Source of the DNA: Candidatus Heimdallarchaeota archaeon | Lineage (GTDB): Archaea > Asgardarchaeota > Heimdallarchaeia > Heimdallarchaeales > Heimdallarchaeaceae | DNA: 64,000 bases | Reading direction: 5' to 3' | NCBI GenBank assembly: GCA_030603365.1 | Contig: JAUVXV010000016.1 | Span: forward strand, 1-64,000 | In this document: positions 53,354 through 64,000 of the stretch, in pieces | Numbering within the stretch: the first letter of the stretch is position 1 | Layout of the letters: every line of letters begins with the position of its first letter | The notes under the pieces: model-generated | Databases searched by the model: none | Seen by the model: only the letters and a program-made list of their open reading frames with translations | Told to the model about the DNA's origin: nothing | Translations under genes and position numbers: made by a program

Positions 53354-54772
53354 ATGGAAAATTGGCTTGATACTTATTTAAAAATGTTAAATTCTAAACC
53401 CTTTGCAATTGAGAAAAAAAAAGGCTCTCTAATAGGTTTCAATGTCAATATTGACAAAATTATTGCAATAAACCCAGCAAAAATTTTACAAGTAATACCT
53501 ACAGAAATAATTCCCAAGCTTGATTTCGATAAAACCCCTCCCTCTTCTGTTGAAACTCTAATTGATTTCTTCTCGTGTTTGTTTCATTCAATTAAACATG
53601 GAAAAGCTGATGAGGTCTTAACAGAATCTCAGAAATTATCAAATTGGATAGAAGAAGTTTTCGAGATTATGAAAGTAAAAATTGGCGGTCAAGCTGGAAT
53701 TATAGCAAATCTATTTAGTAAACTAGGCTTGAAGAAAATTTTACTGAGTTTACCAGTTTTGGATAATTCTTTAACCAGTTTATTAGAACCGAATATTTTG
53801 ACAATAACAATGGATAAGTCTGGTCATTCTATTACCCCAATCTCCAAGATAAATAATACAGAAGACGAACCAATTATTCATTATGTGTTTGAATTTACAC
53901 CAGGAACTTATGTAATAGGTGATCAGAAGATTGTTTGTAAAAGAGATAATCGATTTATCTTATCTTATGATAAAATAAATACACAATTGAGGTTTAATGA
54001 AGGTTTTATGGATTATTGTGAGGAATTTCTTTCTGAATATTCCCTAGCAATAATCTCTGGATTCCATTTAATTAGTCAACAAGAAGGTTCCTCACAATCC
54101 TTCTATGATATAATCGCGCCTGTAGAAACGATGCTTAAAAAATGGAAGGTAACCAATCCTCTTCTCTACCTACATCTAGAAATTGCTTCTACAAAAGACG
54201 TTAAGCTGAGAAAAACTATAATTGAAGTTTTATTCCCTTTAGTTGATTCAATTGGTTTAAATGAACAAGAATTAATCTCATTTATTGAAATAATCAATCC
54301 CAAATTTGCAAGCGAATTAAGAAAAAACATGAGTTCTGTTATGTTTTTTAAAGCTTTAAATGAGATTTTACAACACTATCCAAATATTAGAATCCATTTT
54401 CATTATCTTGGTTACTTCCTTATCCTTTCTAAACCAATTGATTACAAAAAAGCACAAATGAGAAAGCAAGGACTTATTCTATCTTCGTTATTTGCTGCAA
54501 GAAACGCAGAAGGAAGAGAATTTACCACTTTCGGTGATATTCATAATGTTTCTTTAAATATAGCAATTAATGGATATGAGGATTTGAAAAAGCTTCACAA
54601 TTATTTACAATCTCACTTTTCAACAAAAGAAAGCCTACATGAAGATGGTTTATTATTCACCCCTTTCTTTTCTTTGATAGGCATACCTACTATAATTGTA
54701 GACAATCCTAAAGAATTGGTGGGTTTGGGCGATACTATCTCCTCTGTTTCTATTCTTTACGAGACTCAATAG
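53354..54772 (+). CDS. ADP-dependent glucokinase/phosphofructokinase family
   Basis: GFNVNID, GGQAGIIAN, HYVFEF, NRFI, GLNEQEL, VGLGDTIS. Confidence 0.92.
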   Translation: MENWLDTYLKMLNSKPFAIEKKKGSLIGFNVNIDKIIAINPAKILQVIPTEIIPKLDFDKTPPSSVETLIDFFSCLFHSIKHGKADEVLTESQKLSNWIEEVFEIMKVKIGGQAGIIANLFSKLGLKKILLSLPVLDNSLTSLLEPNILTITMDKSGHSITPISKINNTEDEPIIHYVFEFTPGTYVIGDQKIVCKRDNRFILSYDKINTQLRFNEGFMDYCEEFLSEYSLAIISGFHLISQQEGSSQSFYDIIAPVETMLKKWKVTNPLLYLHLEIASTKDVKLRKTIIEVLFPLVDSIGLNEQELISFIEIINPKFASELRKNMSSVMFFKALNEILQHYPNIRIHFHYLGYFLILSKPIDYKKAQMRKQGLILSSLFAARNAEGREFTTFGDIHNVSLNIAINGYEDLKKLHNYLQSHFSTKESLHEDGLLFTPFFSLIGIPTIIVDNPKELVGLGDTISSVSILYETQ

Positions 54773-54879
54773 AAAGTAATCGTGTTTTTGATTGTAAAAA
54801 AGGAATTCTTGTGTTTAAATAATTTCTTCAATATAAAATACAGAAGAAGATGTTATTCAGAAAATGAGTAGATGAGTAA

Positions 54880-56286
54880 ATGAGTACAACACAAATAGTA
54901 AACGATTATAATGATGTTTCAGACATTGATCAGGATAGCAATATAGACATCAAAGTGTATGAATTGGCCTCGAAAGAGGTTGAGAAGAATGTTTCTCACC
55001 TAATAAACGAGCTTTATTCAAAAGGTGTCATCTTTTCTATTAAAATATCTAAAGAAAAAACCCATCTTATCATCTACAGTTTAAACAATATATATCGAAA
55101 CGAAGAAACAAGAGAAAATCTACTGAATCATCTTCAATTAGCATACTCCTTAAAGGAAATAGAGAATACAGAGGATTTCTTTATACCATCTATTAAAAAA
55201 GTAGAGCAAGATGGAAAATTTGTTGTATTAAGTTACTCTAATAACAATCCAAGACAATATTTCTTTACTTGTTTACTATCTGCTGTTAACTCGAACATAC
55301 AATCTTTAAATAGAAATTTTAGCAACTTTGTCAAAGATTTAGTACAAGCAAATATTTTCTCTATTATATTAACTCAATTTGCTTCTAGAAATAAAGCTGA
55401 TCAGATGTCTAATATGTGGGGAATTATGTTTTTAGCAAAAAGTAGTGACAAAGAGTTGCTTAAGAAAAAAGAACAAACATTTCAGAGATATATTAAGGCA
55501 AACACAACAAAACTAAATTGCCAACTCCAATTTCTCTCAAAAAGAGAAATAATGAGACATCAAATAAATTTCAGATTATATGTTCCTTGGATTAAACACT
55601 TAGGCGTGCTTAATGATATTATGCCCGTACCTAAATTACTGAACCTAGTTATGCAAAAACAACGCATTGTTGTTCCATTTCCTACAATAGAAAAGGTGGA
55701 GGAACCTTCTTTACAAGCTACAGTAATATCAAAACCCAATCTGTTGAAAGAGACCTCTTCTCAAAAGGTATTTTCATCAAGAAAACCCTATCCTAGCATT
55801 AGAGCAAACATACCTTCTGGAATTGTGAATAAAAGTACAACCATACAGAAACTTCATGATTCTATGAAACAGCTTACTCCTAGTAATATTGAAGATTTTT
55901 CAGTACCTACTCCAAGAACAATGAATGCTGTTTTCGATATTGAATACTTGAAAGTTAGAATAAGTAAGATCTTTAAAGAGTTTGAATTCAAAGAAACTTT
56001 GATTTTTGAAGAGAATTTTGATTTGGTTTTGAGAAAAGAGACTTATTATGTGTTCATTAAATTCTTCAAAGATGTTTTAAATCAGAATGGTGCTTATGAA
56101 ATCGTAGAAACTCTAAGCTCAATAGCAGGTTTAAGAAATAAATTTCTTTGTATAGTAGTAGCAGATGTTTTGGAAGAAAATGCCAGTAAACTTCTGAATG
56201 AATATAATATTCTTCATTTAACTCTGACTGATATTTTAGTTAATGATTCATTAAAAGCCAAGCTTTATGGAATAATTTTAGCTTAA
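54880..56286 (+). CDS. Hypothetical protein; C-terminal restriction-endonuclease-like fold possible
   Basis: Intact 468-aa ORF; low-complexity linker then FDLVLRK..FIKF. Confidence 0.5.
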   Translation: MSTTQIVNDYNDVSDIDQDSNIDIKVYELASKEVEKNVSHLINELYSKGVIFSIKISKEKTHLIIYSLNNIYRNEETRENLLNHLQLAYSLKEIENTEDFFIPSIKKVEQDGKFVVLSYSNNNPRQYFFTCLLSAVNSNIQSLNRNFSNFVKDLVQANIFSIILTQFASRNKADQMSNMWGIMFLAKSSDKELLKKKEQTFQRYIKANTTKLNCQLQFLSKREIMRHQINFRLYVPWIKHLGVLNDIMPVPKLLNLVMQKQRIVVPFPTIEKVEEPSLQATVISKPNLLKETSSQKVFSSRKPYPSIRANIPSGIVNKSTTIQKLHDSMKQLTPSNIEDFSVPTPRTMNAVFDIEYLKVRISKIFKEFEFKETLIFEENFDLVLRKETYYVFIKFFKDVLNQNGAYEIVETLSSIAGLRNKFLCIVVADVLEENASKLLNEYNILHLTLTDILVNDSLKAKLYGIILA

Positions 56287-56426
56287 AATTCGTGGAAAAA
56301 TAGCGTGTTAGGTCTTCTTAGAAGATTCAAACTAATTATAATTTGTTTTCAAGAATTGTCTAAGGAAATAAGTAAAAAGCTTCCGTATTACAGAAGCTTT
56401 TGAGGAGAGTAAATAAGTAAAAAGCT

Positions 56427-56801
56427 ATGGGGGAACCAGATATAAAAATAAAATCTTACATCGCAGGTCTTGTACATAAATTTCTACCAAAACATGAAGA
56501 AACAATACACAGCGGTCTATTTCTAATGTCTTCTAAACAAAAAGATTTCAATATTTTTGATTGGTATTTTAATGGATATTCTGTTATTTCTGAAACCATT
56601 TCTTCATATTTACGACATTTGTGTTACAACAAGACTGTAGAATTTACAAATGACGGGATATACTCTCTTGCAAAAAATCAAACTATTATATCAGCTGAAG
56701 AATTAGCTAATGCAATACAGCAGGTGGAAGATAGTTTGCTTGATTATAAGTCGAGTATAGATATAATTAGAGATGCAGAAAAAATATTTTCTTCTGCCTA
56801 G
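56427..56801 (+). CDS. Hypothetical protein
   Basis: Intact 124-aa ORF. Confidence 0.55.
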   Translation: MGEPDIKIKSYIAGLVHKFLPKHEETIHSGLFLMSSKQKDFNIFDWYFNGYSVISETISSYLRHLCYNKTVEFTNDGIYSLAKNQTIISAEELANAIQQVEDSLLDYKSSIDIIRDAEKIFSSA

Positions 56802-56825
56802 ATAGAACTTGGTTATTAGCTTCAA

Positions 56826-58202
56826 TTAATAGGATGTAACTGACACATCGGGTTCTTTATCAAGTGTTTTAGGTCTTATTTTCTTCCACATGTCTCTGAG
56901 TTTTTCTGCATCATTTGGGTGAGCATATGCTCTAACCAGCGTAAACAGTGTTCTATAAGCTTTAGGTCCTGAAAATGTAGTAATATACGATGTAGTATTA
57001 AGGGCTTCATTTAGAGTAAATGAATTTGTACCAGGACGAATACGATCGTATGGATCATAAATGTATATGTTTGAAGCTTGAAATTCTTGCTCATTTATTG
57101 TAGACAATTTATATGTTGAATCAACTTTAATATTATATTTGATTTTAATTTTGTTTTCCTTAGCGTAATTTTTCACTTTTTTAATGAAAGATTCTTGTGC
57201 GGTCAGACTACATAGCTCTTCAACACTGATCCCTAAACTATCTGCAGTTGATTCATCAATAATTTTCTCCCAAACAGCTTTATATAAACGACGATCAAAA
57301 AGATCCTTTGCTAGTGATTTGGCGACAGCTAAGTCTTCTGATTCTTTGGAGAAGATTTCTCCAAGAAGGGTATATTCGTTAAGGTATGTATATCTGGCTA
57401 AATCGTTTGTACGTTCAATAAGTTCCAGGGGCTCACAAGCCTCTCCAAGCATTTCATGTATTGTAATATCAGCAGCTCTTGCTGTTTTATGAAAATATAC
57501 ATTCTTATATTCAAAAAATCTGCCGATGAGAGAAGAATAGATGTCATCTAAGCATTTCCAATTATAATGAATAGCTTCTTTATCGAGATGCATCTGAATT
57601 GATGTATTATTGATAATCCGATTTACTGCTATTATTCCAAAATGAAGAGTACCTGCAAAAAAGGAGTCTCTAAGCATGAAATCTAACCGATCAGCTCCAA
57701 GTGCACCTTGAATTAGTGGATGGACAAGATAGTTCTCACCATTCCAGATTTTCATTAATTCCTCTGGATTAGTAAACTCCTCAATAATTGGTTTGAGGAA
57801 TTCAGAAAAAACCATTTTATCTCTATGAACATCATGTCCGTGAGGTGCATCAGGATATACTCTCTTGAAAACAACATCATCATAAGTGTGGCTGAAAGGA
57901 CCATGACCAATGTCATGTAGAAGTGCTGCAATTCTAGCAGTTTGAGTTATTTCTACTACATCATCATGCTCTCTGAAAACTTCTTCTGAATATTTACCTG
58001 CTAGATGCATGACCCCAGTGCTATGTGTAAATCTAGAATGAATAGCTGAAGGATAAACTTGTCGAACTCCTGAAAGTTGGCTTATCCAGCGTAATCTTTG
58101 AAATATAGGCGTATCTATTATTTTATTTTCTATTTCTGTCATACGTACTTCATCGTAGATGGGATCTCTGATAGTACGAGTGAAGTTTAATACGTCTCTC
58201 AT
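56826..58202 (-). CDS. HD-domain phosphohydrolase (SAMHD1/YdhJ-like dNTPase family)
   Basis: IRDPIY, FQRLR..QL, HSRFTHS, LLHDIGHGPFSH, DRLDF.RD, VYFHK. Confidence 0.92.
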   Translation of the reverse strand: MRDVLNFTRTIRDPIYDEVRMTEIENKIIDTPIFQRLRWISQLSGVRQVYPSAIHSRFTHSTGVMHLAGKYSEEVFREHDDVVEITQTARIAALLHDIGHGPFSHTYDDVVFKRVYPDAPHGHDVHRDKMVFSEFLKPIIEEFTNPEELMKIWNGENYLVHPLIQGALGADRLDFMLRDSFFAGTLHFGIIAVNRIINNTSIQMHLDKEAIHYNWKCLDDIYSSLIGRFFEYKNVYFHKTARAADITIHEMLGEACEPLELIERTNDLARYTYLNEYTLLGEIFSKESEDLAVAKSLAKDLFDRRLYKAVWEKIIDESTADSLGISVEELCSLTAQESFIKKVKNYAKENKIKIKYNIKVDSTYKLSTINEQEFQASNIYIYDPYDRIRPGTNSFTLNEALNTTSYITTFSGPKAYRTLFTLVRAYAHPNDAEKLRDMWKKIRPKTLDKEPDVSVTSY

Positions 58203-58342
58203 AGTAATTCCTCTATAATACTTATTGTTAATTAATTTAATAACCTTTTAATCTTTTTGCTCCAAACTAAAATTACGACAAAAATGGTTGTGGGCTGTGA
58301 AAACATGGTTTTTTATCAAACAATTGATGGGTTTGTGGGTGT

Positions 58343-58419
58343 TGGTGGACCGACCGGGATTTGAACCCGGGGCTACTTCGGTGCGAACGAAGCGATCTCC
58401 CAGACTGATCTACCGGCCC
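58343..58419 (-). tRNA. tRNA-Ala(CGC)
   Basis: Anticodon arm CTTCG-TTCGCAC-CGAAG, G3.U70 pair, CCA. Confidence 0.95.
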
Positions 58420-58511
58420 AACGAAGCATTACGAATATTTATTTTGGAAAGAAATTAATAAAATACGATAATATGATATTGAAAGAAGAGAGTGGCAAAA
58501 TAAGGAAAATT

Positions 58512-58925
58512 CTATCCAGAACCCTTAGCTCTCATGATTTGTCTTTTACCTATGGCCTCCCAATATTCAACTTCTGAACCTTCTTGAATCTTGCTTTTAA
58601 TATCTTCATCATCAGGTATTGCTGCTTCAAAAGTATCATAAGTTTCAAGATCCATCAGTTGAACACTATCTGTAGATAATGATAAAACTTGAGCATTTCT
58701 TTTATCAATTATGGGAGATTGAAGTTTAAAATCACCAGGAATAGCGATTTCTGTTTTACTTCCTGTGAAAATGTTCTCTATTTTCATTCTACATTTAGCA
58801 TGACCATGTTTTCCACTTTTTGATTTCTCTATTGAACGGACTAAGTAAACATCATCATTATGAATAATGTGATGGCCTTCTTTAATTTGACCTGCTTTTA
58901 TTGGTTTTACATCGTGTTCAGACAT
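58512..58925 (-). CDS. eif5a: Translation factor aIF5A
   Basis: SKSGKHGHAK hypusine motif. Confidence 0.97.
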   Translation of the reverse strand: MSEHDVKPIKAGQIKEGHHIIHNDDVYLVRSIEKSKSGKHGHAKCRMKIENIFTGSKTEIAIPGDFKLQSPIIDKRNAQVLSLSTDSVQLMDLETYDTFEAAIPDDEDIKSKIQEGSEVEYWEAIGKRQIMRAKGSG

Positions 58926-59072
58926 TTGATTATATCTCCTACAAGTTCTTTTTTCTTTATGATTTATTTTATATTACTGTGATATTTTTAAAGGATTTTG
59001 GTTACAATAATCTAAAGATGATATCGTTTTAATAGATTTTTGAAAAATAAAATAAAAAAGGAAATGAATGGA

Positions 59073-59516
59073 TTATCTTTGTGGTTTAGCTTTCTTTCCT
59101 ATAACAATTTGATTAATGGCTGTTCCATTAACATGTGTAACTTGCCATTTTACACCAGGAATATCACCCATTGCTCCCTTTTGAGCACCACCTATACTAC
59201 ATACTAGAACTTCATCGTGCTCATCAATGTAAAGAAGACCTCCATCATGTGGAACAAAGGCACCAACCTGTTTCCCGTTTTTAGTAAGTCTAACCCTTAC
59301 ACATTTTCTCATTGCAGAGTTGGGTTGTTTACTTTCCACTCCATATTTTTCTATAACAATCCCTCTTGCAGCTGGAGCTCCCTCTAATGGATCTGTTTTC
59401 TTGTCCAATCTTAACATTCTTCTTTTATAATGGATATCTTTCCAACGGAAGTGTTTTCTTTTGTTAACTAATTTTCTTGCTGCGAATTCTCCTTTCGGAC
59501 TTTTTGATCCAGTCAT
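59073..59516 (-). CDS. rps12: 30S ribosomal protein uS12
   Basis: [20 protein letters not shown]. Confidence 0.97.
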   Translation of the reverse strand: MTGSKSPKGEFAARKLVNKRKHFRWKDIHYKRRMLRLDKKTDPLEGAPAARGIVIEKYGVESKQPNSAMRKCVRVRLTKNGKQVGAFVPHDGGLLYIDEHDEVLVCSIGGAQKGAMGDIPGVKWQVTHVNGTAINQIVIGKKAKPQR

Positions 59517-59672
59517 ATTAAATCACATTTTTTTAAGCCAATTAATCTAACCTTGTTAAGCTTAAGCTTTAGTTAGATTTTCCTCCTTAGTTTTTAATAA
59601 AAACCTTCTGTTCAATTACTTATACGCTATTTCCAAATTAATTTAAGAAATTAAAAAGAAGAATGAATTTAT

Positions 59673-63571
<3,899 letters not shown>

Positions 63572-64000
63572 TTTTTGTTTTTCTCCCAAAAATATGTTAG
63601 AATCTCTACACTAATCACGTGACTCTATCCCACGGGTTCGAGTATTTGATAAAAACCTTTTGATTCTTAACCTCTTTATTGTTTCAATAACAATTAGACT
63701 AGCCCTTTATACTATAGTTCAATTATAATGAAAATAACAATGAAACTTATTATCCCGATTTTCCTTATTACCTATTTTTTTAGTATTTTGTAGTATATAG
63801 ATGCCTCTAGCTTCATATCTAAAGTCATAGAGAGATTTTATGTAATGAACTGTTGTTTACTCGTTCGATTTATTCTGGTTTGGTAACAAACCATTCACTA
63901 GTATACATATTACTTGATAAGGTGCTAGAAACAGCTGTAAAAAAATGTAAATTCTTAGAACTTATATAGCCTTAAGCTAAAATGTCAAATTGAAAGTGAA

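Overview
AT-rich archaeal chromosomal segment, most likely an Asgard archaeon (Heimdallarchaeia-like). This is an inference from archaeal rRNA, RNAP and ribosomal-protein genes alongside a Rab-like GTPase/roadblock operon and OST-subunit-like genes. From 14.5 kb onward it is mostly housekeeping: rpl1-P0-P1, RPA, a TFB paralog, Tad-like pilus genes, rfcS, cdc6, rpoD-L18e-L13-S9, L3-L4-L23-L2, trpS, aIF5A, S12, rpoA'/A'' and four tRNAs. The first 14.5 kb hold a 16S and a 23S gene about 8 kb apart and the main discovery, a repeated two-gene cassette. Each cassette has an 18-23 aa acidic micro-peptide (consensus [YF]DP[DE][DEP]GD-x-x-[IT]-[LT]-PP-x-W-x-P) that is absent from the ORF track. A 524-560 aa alpha-helical/TPR-like protein follows it. 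Three cassettes form a tandem array directly behind the 16S gene. Each begins with a copy of the 16S 3' end and pre-rRNA trailer, starting at the 3' splice site of a 31-nt bulge-helix-bulge mini-intron next to the anti-Shine-Dalgarno. A fourth, divergent cassette has its peptide transcription unit duplicated as a perfect 114-bp inverted repeat around the large gene. A fifth cassette near cdc6 has decayed in both genes. All assignments come from manual translation and motif recognition; no database searches were run.
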